Shown piece by piece: positions 1 through 8,213 of a DNA stretch of 64,000 nt; position 1 is the first letter of the stretch, and each line of letters begins with the position of its first letter. This DNA is from Chitinophagaceae bacterium (lineage in GTDB: Bacteria; Bacteroidota; Bacteroidia; Chitinophagales; Chitinophagaceae). The notes beneath the pieces were generated by a model, which had not been told where the DNA came from, did no database searches, and worked only from the letters and a program-made list of their open reading frames with translations. Made by a program: the position numbers and the translations under genes. Where the stretch lies: positions 15,216 through 79,215 of the forward strand of contig JANOGE010000133.1 in the NCBI GenBank assembly GCA_031414035.1, written 5' to 3'.

Positions 1-228
1 GCAAGGAGCAAACCGGCAACTGCCACTTCCAGTTTTTTTATTTGTATCAATGACCAGCCGGCACTCGATTATGGCGGTATGAGAAACAAGGACGGGCAGG
101 GCTTTGCCGCATTCGGAAAAGTTATTAAAGGCATGGATGTGGTAAATAAGATCCAGCACCTTTACCCCGGACAGGGGCAATATTTTAAACCAACACTGAC
201 CATACTATCCATCACCAGAAATAAATAA
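1..228 (+). CDS. Peptidyl-prolyl cis-trans isomerase, cyclophilin type (3' fragment, 5' end outside window)
   Basis: Frame 1 is open from nt 1 to TAA at 226-228. The translation ...SSFFICINDQPALDYGG...GFAAFGKVIKGMDVVNKI... matches conserved C-terminal cyclophilin motifs. Confidence 0.8.
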   Translation, partial: ARSKPATATSSFFICINDQPALDYGGMRNKDGQGFAAFGKVIKGMDVVNKIQHLYPGQGQYFKPTLTILSITRNK

Positions 229-230
229 CT

Positions 231-2576
231 ATGCAAAAATGCTTACTGACTTTCATAATTGTTTTACAGTTAACACTACTATCTGAAAATGTATCATCAC
301 AAAATTTTGTAAGCAATCAGCGTCCGGCAAGTGGCAAAGAAAGAATGGAAGCATTTAAACAACATCAGTCTTTATTAACTTCTTCGCCATACAAAAAATT
401 GCATTGGCGCAATGTGGGGCCCGATAATATAAGCGGCCGCTGTACCGATGTTTGGGGTATATCCGGAAATAAAAATATTTTATATGCTGCATTTGCCACA
501 GGTGGTTTATGGAAATCGGTAGATGCAGGAAAAACATGGAAGCCTTTAATGGATCAATTCGGTACCCAGTCAATTGGTAATATGGCTTTGGCTCCTTCCA
601 ATCCGGATATTATTTATGTGGGTACCGGCGAAGCTAATATTTTCAGGGCATCATTACCGGGTATCGGCATGTTTAAATCTGTTGATGCAGGAAAAACGTT
701 TAAACATATTGGACTGGAGAACACAAGTACCATTGCCCGGGTAGTTGTACATCCTGCAAACCCATCTATTGTATATGTTGCGGCCGGGGGAAATGAATGG
801 AGTTACAATATTGATCGCGGCGTATATCAAACAACCGATGGCGGCAAAAACTGGAAGAAGATATTGGGCAATGATGATAAAACAGGTTGTATTGATCTTC
901 GCATGGATCCATCTGACCCCAAAACCATTTACGCATCCATGTGGAACCGCATCCGCAAACGATGGAGTGATCCTGTACCGGAAGATGGTGATCATATTTA
1001 TAAAACAACCGATGGCGGTAAAACATGGAAGCCTCTTACCAATGGTTTACCCGATACAAAAACAACCGGAAGAATAGGTATTGACATTTCTAAAAGTAAC
1101 CCTTCGGTTATTTACGCCTTTGTTGATAATCATGATAAAAAAAGAGAACCGAAAGAAGGTGAGCTGGATAGCTATGGAAGAATAAAAGAAATTGTGGTGA
1201 AAGGGGTGGAAGTGTACAGAAGTAATGACAAAGGAGAAAGCTGGATTAAGATGACAGAGAATAATGACTACATGGAAAGATTTTGCGGTACCTATGGCTG
1301 GGTAATGGGGCAGATCAGGGTTAACCCTTTGGATGAAAACTGTTTGTACATTTTAGGGTTAGCCATGGCAAAATCAAATGATGGAGGCAAAACCTGGAAT
1401 CGTTTCCGGCCGGTTGATACAACAAGTGATCGTTTACATGGCGATAATCATGCATTATGGATCGATCCGGCAGATTCGAATTATATCATTAATGGCGATG
1501 ATGGGGGTATTGCAGTAACCTGTGATGGTGGAAATAAATGGAAGAATTTTTATAAAGATATTCCAACCACGCAATTTTATAATGTTGCTTACGATTCAAG
1601 AGTTCCTTACAACATTATTGGATCGGTTCAGGATGAAGGGTCATTGATGGGAAGTATAAAAAATACATTCGGAATAAAAGATACCACTATCAGTAAGTGG
1701 AAATGGGGGCCCGGTGGCGAAGGGGTTATTCATACCATTGATCCTGGGGATGCAAATACCATTTATACTTCCTCTTTTTACGGGCGGTTAGTAAAGGCCA
1801 ACATGGACCTGGTTGATTCTTTACAGGAAAGAAATATGGCTCCTAAAAAACAATCCGATGAAGAAACACACCGGGGTGAATGGCTGGCCTATACCATGAT
1901 CTCCCCACATAACAGTTTTACGGTTTATCACGGCATGCAATATTTATTTAAATCCGTTGACAGTGGCCATACCTGGAAAAGGATCAGCCCGGATATGAGT
2001 AATAATAACAAACAAAGAATGGGCAGAACACCTTATGCCATTAATCACCAGGCCATAACAGCTATTGATGAATCGCCTTTAAAAAAAGGATTATTGTATG
2101 TTGGAACAGATGATGGCAGGGTTTGGATGAGTTTAAATGATGGCGGCAACTGGGCAGAAATAAACAAAGGACTGCCTTTAAATGCACATGTATCCAGGTT
2201 GATCGTTTCAAAATATAATGCATCAACCTTATATCTCACATTGAATGACAGGAGAGAAGATAATATCAACCCCTACATTTATAAATCTAATGATTATGGT
2301 AAAACATGGGTACCGGTAAATAGTAATCTACCAGCAAGTCCGGTAAATGTTATCCGGGAAGATCCTTTATATAAAAATAGTTTGTATTGCGGAACAGATT
2401 TAGGCGTTTATTTGAGCAGGGATGGAGGAAATAAATGGATCGCTCTTAACAATGATCTTCCTGCATCTGTCTCTGTTCAGGATCTTTTTATTCATCCAAA
2501 AACAAATCAATTAGTAATTGCAACCTATGGCCGGGGCATTTATGTGTTAGATGATATAACATCATTACAAAAATGA
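231..2576 (+). CDS. Secreted BNR/Asp-box repeat beta-propeller protein (sortilin/VPS10- or GH74-like)
   Basis: 781-aa ORF with a hydrophobic N-terminus. It has about ten Asp-box motifs S/T-x-D-x-G-x-T/N-W (SVDAGKTW, TTDGGKNW, TTDGGKTW, SNDKGESW, SNDGGKTW, SVDSGHTW, SNDYGKTW, SRDGGNKW). Confidence 0.8.
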   Translation: MQKCLLTFIIVLQLTLLSENVSSQNFVSNQRPASGKERMEAFKQHQSLLTSSPYKKLHWRNVGPDNISGRCTDVWGISGNKNILYAAFATGGLWKSVDAGKTWKPLMDQFGTQSIGNMALAPSNPDIIYVGTGEANIFRASLPGIGMFKSVDAGKTFKHIGLENTSTIARVVVHPANPSIVYVAAGGNEWSYNIDRGVYQTTDGGKNWKKILGNDDKTGCIDLRMDPSDPKTIYASMWNRIRKRWSDPVPEDGDHIYKTTDGGKTWKPLTNGLPDTKTTGRIGIDISKSNPSVIYAFVDNHDKKREPKEGELDSYGRIKEIVVKGVEVYRSNDKGESWIKMTENNDYMERFCGTYGWVMGQIRVNPLDENCLYILGLAMAKSNDGGKTWNRFRPVDTTSDRLHGDNHALWIDPADSNYIINGDDGGIAVTCDGGNKWKNFYKDIPTTQFYNVAYDSRVPYNIIGSVQDEGSLMGSIKNTFGIKDTTISKWKWGPGGEGVIHTIDPGDANTIYTSSFYGRLVKANMDLVDSLQERNMAPKKQSDEETHRGEWLAYTMISPHNSFTVYHGMQYLFKSVDSGHTWKRISPDMSNNNKQRMGRTPYAINHQAITAIDESPLKKGLLYVGTDDGRVWMSLNDGGNWAEINKGLPLNAHVSRLIVSKYNASTLYLTLNDRREDNINPYIYKSNDYGKTWVPVNSNLPASPVNVIREDPLYKNSLYCGTDLGVYLSRDGGNKWIALNNDLPASVSVQDLFIHPKTNQLVIATYGRGIYVLDDITSLQK

Positions 2577-2657
2577 CTCCTATAAATTCAGTAACCGAAA
2601 AACCGGGTATTTCAAATTTTCAAATAGTTGCTTGTTCCGGAGAAATTATAATGCCCC

Positions 2658-5123
2658 CTAAAACTCAATAATAAACCCGAGTGTTGGCGTTACCAGTGGG
2701 TCATCATTTTTAAAATAAACAGGGATAGCGTTAGACCCATCCGTTTTTATTGGAAGTCCATCGGTTGTAGCAAATGCTTTATTGTCTTCCGTTCTTTTAA
2801 ACGTATACGTTGGTACAACAGGATTTTTAGCAATGTACCAGTTGGTAACATCTAAAAATAAATCAAGGGTTATCTTTTTAAAATTCCATTTTTTATCTAT
2901 CCGTACATCACTGCTGTTAAAGCCACCTAAACGAAGTGTGTTTAATTTAGTATAATCAAAAATCCCCTGGCCCTGCGACAAATAATTTGCCTGTGAAGCA
3001 ATTTCATCATAAGGCGAGTAGGGGGCTCCTCCCTGGTATCTGAATTTTAAACCGAGCTCAATATTTCTTGGAAATTTATACCCCCAGGTAACACTAAGCA
3101 AATGCCTGTTATCCCAGGCACTGGGTATAAGTATATTATTTAACCCGGCATATTCACTCCTGTAAAATGTGTAAGACAGTATGCCAAAAAAGTTTTTGGT
3201 TAATTTTTTTTGTGCAAATAACTCAAAACCATATGCCCGGCCTTTGCCATTGGTTACCACGGCTTCATTACCAAGAACATTAAAATCACCGCCCAGGTTT
3301 GACAGGGAAATCCCTTTGGCTATGGATACAGGAACATTTGCATAGGCCTTATAAAACCCTTCTGCAGTAAAACGCAAACCATCATTTGGCAAATACTCCA
3401 CGCCTGCCACATAGTGATTGCTGCGCTGGTACAAACTGTTTTTATTGACCAGCGTATTGGTATTATCTGCAAAGCCTAAAATGGTATAGGGCGCTAATTT
3501 ATAATAACGGCCAACCGAGGCATTCAGTGTCCATTTATCTGCCAAAATATAACTGGCTGCAATTCGGGGACTCAATGTTTTTAATCCATTATTACCGGTT
3601 GTTGTAAAGCTGTTCATATCAGTACGTAAACCTGCACTTACTCCCAAACGGTTATCAAAAAACCGTTTACTTAACTGTGCAAATGCACCATATCGTAAAA
3701 AATTATTAAGCGGACTTTTAAAATTAAGGATAACTGCAGGTTGAATGATATTGCCTGACCCATCCGTTAACTGTTTACGAATAACATCATATGTGGTATT
3801 ACTGAATTGCGATAGCTGGACTACAGCACCATATGCAATTTTCCAGTCGCCGGCATTTTTATTGATATCAATCCTTAGTTTGTTTTCTGATTCCCTGCTT
3901 TTATATTCCAGCGTTTTTTGATCCGGCAATTTTGTGGTATTGTCTTCGTATTGGATGATGTTGTTATCAAAACTGTTTCTGCTTAGTGCAATATTTACAT
4001 AGCCCCTGTTAACCAGTCTTTTTAACGATACACCGGCAGTATAGGTCCATTGTTCAATAAAAGGATTGCTGTTTAATACGTATAATTTTTCCGGTGTGAC
4101 ATTTTTTATAGGTGCAAAACGAAAATCATCTATCGCACCAATACCTATAAAAGAAAGGGTTGTTTTTTTATTTATCTTATGTGTTATGTTTGTTTGAAAA
4201 TCCCAGTAGTTGGGCCTGATAGGTAAATCGATGGCAGAAAAAAGTAATTGCAGGTAGGAACGCCTTGCAGATGCTAAAAAAGTTGTTTTTTTATTTTTTG
4301 ATAAGGGGCCTTCAAAAGTAGCTGCCAGTTCTGTAGCACTTAACCTAACGTTTCCCTGGAATTTATTGGGATTCCCGGTTCGCTGTTTAAATTGAAACAC
4401 AGAGCTCATGGTATTATCATACCTGGCATCAAATGCCGAAGTACTCAATTTTACATTTTCAATAAAAGATACATTTAAAATACCCTGGGGCCCGCCGGCA
4501 CTGCCTTGTGTTTGAAAATGATTGATAACCGGTACTTCAATGCCATCCAGGTAAAAAACATTTTCGCCCGGGCCACCACCTCTTATTATGATATCGTTTC
4601 TAAAGCCACCACCTTCTGCTCCACCCCCAACACCAGGCAGTGTTTGAATCACTTTACTGATATCAAAATTGCCGCCCGGGTTACTTTTTATTTCTTCTGC
4701 AGTCAATCGTTGAACACTTAAAGGTGTTTCCAGTGTAGCGGTGCGGGCAGTGCGTTTATTTGTTTTTAAAACCAATGCTTCCAATTCACCGGCGCTTTTT
4801 TCCAATTCCACATTAATATAGTTTTCATTTCCGGCATCAATAATTATATTAAAAACCGTTTGCTTTTTATACCCAACAATGGAAAAAGTTATATTATAGG
4901 TTTTTAATGTAATGCCGGTAATTCTAAAAACACCATTAGAATCCGAAATAGTACCTTTTGAGCTGCCCTCAATGCTTATGCTGACATTTGATAATACCTG
5001 CTGAGTAGATTTGTCGATTACTATACCCGAAATACGGCCATTATTTTGTGCTTTTACTGAAAAAAACATCAAAACTGCCATCATTAAAACTATAATCGCC
5101 CTGCAAGACTTTAAAAAAAACAT
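2658..5123 (-). CDS. TonB-dependent receptor with CarboxypepD_reg-like N-terminal domain
   Basis: The ORF runs 2658-5243. The internal ATG at 5123 gives the signal peptide MFFLKSCRAIIVLMMAVLMFFSVKAQ. A carboxypeptidase-regulatory-like segment (GRISGIVIDKST...GTISDSNGVFRI) and plug-like region (FYLDGIEVP) are followed by a long beta-barrel ending ...GFIIEF. Confidence 0.8.
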   Translation of the reverse strand: MFFLKSCRAIIVLMMAVLMFFSVKAQNNGRISGIVIDKSTQQVLSNVSISIEGSSKGTISDSNGVFRITGITLKTYNITFSIVGYKKQTVFNIIIDAGNENYINVELEKSAGELEALVLKTNKRTARTATLETPLSVQRLTAEEIKSNPGGNFDISKVIQTLPGVGGGAEGGGFRNDIIIRGGGPGENVFYLDGIEVPVINHFQTQGSAGGPQGILNVSFIENVKLSTSAFDARYDNTMSSVFQFKQRTGNPNKFQGNVRLSATELAATFEGPLSKNKKTTFLASARRSYLQLLFSAIDLPIRPNYWDFQTNITHKINKKTTLSFIGIGAIDDFRFAPIKNVTPEKLYVLNSNPFIEQWTYTAGVSLKRLVNRGYVNIALSRNSFDNNIIQYEDNTTKLPDQKTLEYKSRESENKLRIDINKNAGDWKIAYGAVVQLSQFSNTTYDVIRKQLTDGSGNIIQPAVILNFKSPLNNFLRYGAFAQLSKRFFDNRLGVSAGLRTDMNSFTTTGNNGLKTLSPRIAASYILADKWTLNASVGRYYKLAPYTILGFADNTNTLVNKNSLYQRSNHYVAGVEYLPNDGLRFTAEGFYKAYANVPVSIAKGISLSNLGGDFNVLGNEAVVTNGKGRAYGFELFAQKKLTKNFFGILSYTFYRSEYAGLNNILIPSAWDNRHLLSVTWGYKFPRNIELGLKFRYQGGAPYSPYDEIASQANYLSQGQGIFDYTKLNTLRLGGFNSSDVRIDKKWNFKKITLDLFLDVTNWYIAKNPVVPTYTFKRTEDNKAFATTDGLPIKTDGSNAIPVYFKNDDPLVTPTLGFIIEF

Positions 5124-5272
5124 TATTTCCTTATTTTTTTGGTTGACCCTTAGTTTAGTGTAAAAACAATTAACATTTTTTATGACCAAATGTTCAATAT
5201 ACCGGCCATTCATCAATTTTAGTTTACAGGTTCTTACAAACAAATATTTTGTAATTTCAATAAAAATTACTC

Positions 5273-7417
5273 ATGACATTTAACCTAAAAAACGGTATTG
5301 TACTTATTTCATTTACAACCTGTTGCTTTACTTCTTTTGCACAAAAAAGGGAATTGACCGATGACCAGTATTTTAAAGAAAATTTTAAAGGCATCACAAA
5401 TTCACTGCCATCTGTTGTTAAGTGGCTTGATGACAGTCGCTTTATTTTAAGAAGAGATGGAAAAAGTTATGTGATAGATTGTAAAACAGGGGCAGAAACA
5501 GAAGCTACTGATGCAGATACAAAAGTTATTTATAAACAAGGCTCTTCATACACTAAAAATAATGATCTCTATATTAAAGAGGTTGATGTTGAGATACAAC
5601 TCACCAATGATAAGGACAAAGAAGTAAATCCAACCATGAGCCCTGATGGAAAATTTGTTGCCTATACAAAGAATAATGACCTCTATACCGTAAACATCGG
5701 CACAAAAAAAGAAACAAGAATAACTACTGATGGCAGCGATGTAATTTTAAATGGTTATGCCAGTTGGGTATATATGGAAGAAATTTTAGGCCGCCGTTCA
5801 CAAAACCGTTCTTTCTGGTGGAGCCCCGACAGCAAACACATTGCATTTTTCAGAACAGATGATACACCCGTTCCGGTTTTTACCATAACAGATGCTACCG
5901 GCCTGCATGGCCTTGTAGAAAAAGAACGGTATCCTAAAGTCGGTGATCCAAACCCGGAAGTAAAAATTGGTATTGTTCAGCCCGAAGGAGGGAATATTGT
6001 ATGGGCTGATTTTAATGCCAAAGATGACCAGTATTTTGGCCTGCCTTACTGGATGCCCGACGGAAGTTCATTACTGGTTCAATGGATGAACCGCCTTCAG
6101 GATAACCTGGTCATTTATGAAGTGAATACTTTCAATGGGGTAAAAAGAGAATTCTACAATGAAAAACAAAAGACCTGGATCGACCTGGACGATGGTGGAG
6201 ATCGAATACATTTTTTAAAAAATGAAACAGGTTTCATTCTTTTTAATGACGCTAACGGCTGGAAACATATGTATTTCTATGACATGAAAGGCAAACTGCT
6301 GAATGCCATAACATCCGGCAAATTCACCGTTACCAATTTGAATTATGTTGATGAAAAGAAAGGGGTTATTTATTTTACAGCAAGGAGCCTGGAAAACACC
6401 TCCAGAAATGATCTTTACCGGGTTAATATAAATGGTAAGAATATGGAACGGCTGACCATAGGTGATTATAACAACTCCATCAATCTTTCACCCGAAGGAT
6501 CATATTTTATTACCACTTACTCCAATTCGGCCACACCTGCCAGGATGGCTTTGATCAGTAATAAAAGAAAGATCATAAAAGAACTGGGAGACAGCAAAGG
6601 TGCTGAATTTGATAATTTTAATTTAGCTAAAACAGAAATTATCCGTGTAAAAAGTGATGATGACCTATACGACCTTCCGATGAAAGTAACCTGGCCGGTC
6701 AACATGGATAAAGCTAAAAAATACCCGGTACTTATTTCCGTATACGGAGGCCCTAATGCAGGAACAGTTATGGACACCTGGAGTTTAAGTGGCAACCAGC
6801 AGTGGTATGCCAAAGAAGGATTGATACAGGTATCAATGGATCACCGTGCCAGTGGACATTTTGGTAAAGAAGGCGTTAATTATATGTACCATAATCTCGG
6901 CTACTGGGAAATGAAAGATTACAGTACCCTGGTAAAATGGTTAATAGCCAATGGCAATGCCGATGCAGCAAAAATTTGCATTACCGGTTTTAGCTATGGT
7001 GGTTATATGGCCTGTTATGCTTTAACATATGCAGGCGAAGTATTTACCCATGGAATGGCTGGTGGAAGTGTTACCGACTGGACCTTATATGATTCGCATT
7101 ATACCGAGCGCTTTATGGGTACTCCTGCCAATAATCCAGATGGGTATAAAAGCAGTTCCGTTATGACCCACGCAGATAAATACAAAGGCATGATTCAAAT
7201 AGTACATGGCATGATTGATGATAATGTACATATGCAAAACAGTATTCAGTTCATCAGTAAATTACAAGATCTTAAAAAAGATTTTGAATTTATGCCATAC
7301 AGCGGTGGAAGACATGGCTGGGGTGGCAATAAAGGTGTACATTTTCAAAACCTGAAAACAAAATTCATTTATAAATATTTACTGGAAAAGGAAACTTCCA
7401 AGTCCATGCTGAAATAA
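5273..7417 (+). CDS. Dipeptidyl-peptidase IV / prolyl oligopeptidase family S9B serine peptidase
   Basis: 714-aa ORF with a signal peptide and a DPPIV N-terminal propeller-like region (SPDGKFVAYTKNNDLY, FWWSPDSKHIAFF). The catalytic nucleophile motif is GFSYGGYM and the Asp region is HGMIDDNVH. Confidence 0.85.
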   Translation: MTFNLKNGIVLISFTTCCFTSFAQKRELTDDQYFKENFKGITNSLPSVVKWLDDSRFILRRDGKSYVIDCKTGAETEATDADTKVIYKQGSSYTKNNDLYIKEVDVEIQLTNDKDKEVNPTMSPDGKFVAYTKNNDLYTVNIGTKKETRITTDGSDVILNGYASWVYMEEILGRRSQNRSFWWSPDSKHIAFFRTDDTPVPVFTITDATGLHGLVEKERYPKVGDPNPEVKIGIVQPEGGNIVWADFNAKDDQYFGLPYWMPDGSSLLVQWMNRLQDNLVIYEVNTFNGVKREFYNEKQKTWIDLDDGGDRIHFLKNETGFILFNDANGWKHMYFYDMKGKLLNAITSGKFTVTNLNYVDEKKGVIYFTARSLENTSRNDLYRVNINGKNMERLTIGDYNNSINLSPEGSYFITTYSNSATPARMALISNKRKIIKELGDSKGAEFDNFNLAKTEIIRVKSDDDLYDLPMKVTWPVNMDKAKKYPVLISVYGGPNAGTVMDTWSLSGNQQWYAKEGLIQVSMDHRASGHFGKEGVNYMYHNLGYWEMKDYSTLVKWLIANGNADAAKICITGFSYGGYMACYALTYAGEVFTHGMAGGSVTDWTLYDSHYTERFMGTPANNPDGYKSSSVMTHADKYKGMIQIVHGMIDDNVHMQNSIQFISKLQDLKKDFEFMPYSGGRHGWGGNKGVHFQNLKTKFIYKYLLEKETSKSMLK

Positions 7418-7437
7418 ATTCAGCCAGCTACATTTTT

Positions 7438-7583
7438 AAGAGGCTGTCTTAAAAATATGTCATGTTGAGCTTGTTGAAACATATTTGAGTATAAATAGTA
7501 TGTTCTAAGGACTTCGACAAGCCTGCCTGTCCGGCAGGCAGGCTCAGTAAGACAGCAATGTTTGACTTTTGAGACAGCCTCTT
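7438..7583. repeat. Palindromic MITE/REP-like element, copy 1 (with nested 21-bp GC hairpin insertion); probably also the DPP-IV terminator
   Basis: The termini AAGAGGCTGTCTTAAAAAT ... ACTTTTGAGACAGCCTCTT are inverted repeats. An internal second inverted pair is GTCATGTTGAGCTTGTTGAA / TTCGACAAG..CTCAG. It is about 90 percent identical by eye to 8065-8189, apart from the extra CCTGCCTGTCCGGCAGGCAGG at 7522-7542. A long T-run follows. Confidence 0.8.
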
Positions 7584-7696
7584 TTTATTTTTTTTTTTCA
7601 ATCCGGCTTTGCTAGGTAAACCTGAGCATAACTACCGGCGCTATTGTAATACTGAATATTAATTTGTATTTTTCGCTCCAACTAAAACCAATTAAT

Positions 7697-8050
7697 ATGA
7701 AAAAAATCATTCCCACAAGAATTGCGGAAATTATTTTTGCCCTGGTAATAGGGGCTTTTGGCGCTTTACATTTAAAATATGGCGGCAGCGGAGAGGGTGT
7801 CCCTTCATTCATGCCGGGTAACCCGGGAGTATGGATGTATGTAACCGGTGCCGGGTTTGCCCTTGCGGCCATTGCCATTCTATTAAATAAATTCAAGACC
7901 CTGGCCTGCTATTTATTAGCCGCCATGTTAATGGTATTTATATTTACTATTCATTTGCCTTTTTCTTTAAAAGGAGGAAACCATTACCAGTTACTAAAAG
8001 ATATTGGCCTGGCTATGGCTGCCATCATAATAGGTAATAATTCTAAATAA
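7697..8050 (+). CDS. DoxX family membrane protein
   Basis: The ORF runs 7664-8050, with a likely start at ATG 7697 (MKKIIPTRIAEIIFALVIGAFGALHLKYG). It is a small protein with four hydrophobic helices, typical of DoxX-like proteins. Confidence 0.65.
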   Translation: MKKIIPTRIAEIIFALVIGAFGALHLKYGGSGEGVPSFMPGNPGVWMYVTGAGFALAAIAILLNKFKTLACYLLAAMLMVFIFTIHLPFSLKGGNHYQLLKDIGLAMAAIIIGNNSK

Positions 8051-8064
8051 TAAACGTTTAAAAA

Positions 8065-8189
8065 AAGAGGCTGTCTCAAAAGTATGTCATGTTGAGCTTG
8101 TCGAAACATATTTGAGTATAAAACGTATGTTCAAATGACTTCGACAAGCTCAGTCTGACAGCAATGTTTGACTTTTGAGACAGCCTCTT
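8065..8189. repeat. Palindromic MITE/REP-like element, copy 2; probably also the doxX terminator
   Basis: AAGAGGCTGTCTCAAAAGT...ACTTTTGAGACAGCCTCTT are 19-bp terminal inverted repeats. The inner pair is GTCATGTTGAGCTTGTCGAA / TTCGACAAGCTCAGTCTGAC. It has the same orientation as the 7438-7583 copy and is followed by a T-rich tract. Confidence 0.8.
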
Positions 8190-8213
8190 TTCTATTTTTT
8201 TAATGCAGAAGAA

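Noticed and set aside
2658-5243. N-terminal extensions of track ORFs taken at the longest Met. Affected ORFs are 2658-5243, 7664-8050, 14208-15632, 17087-17905, 21029-21805, 25914-26924, 27339-28610, 28504-29319, 33459-35444, 43882-46743, 48592-49515, 50553-51131, 52425-53009 and 57093-58022.
   Set aside because: In each case an internal Met immediately precedes a signal peptide or the conserved family N-terminus, or removes an overlap with the upstream gene. The shorter coordinates are reported.
7438-8189. Palindromic elements as small protein genes or tRNA-like genes
   Set aside because: There is no cloverleaf or conserved tRNA boxes. Short frames through them (for example VMLSLSKH-like) lack starts and are explained by the hairpin symmetry.
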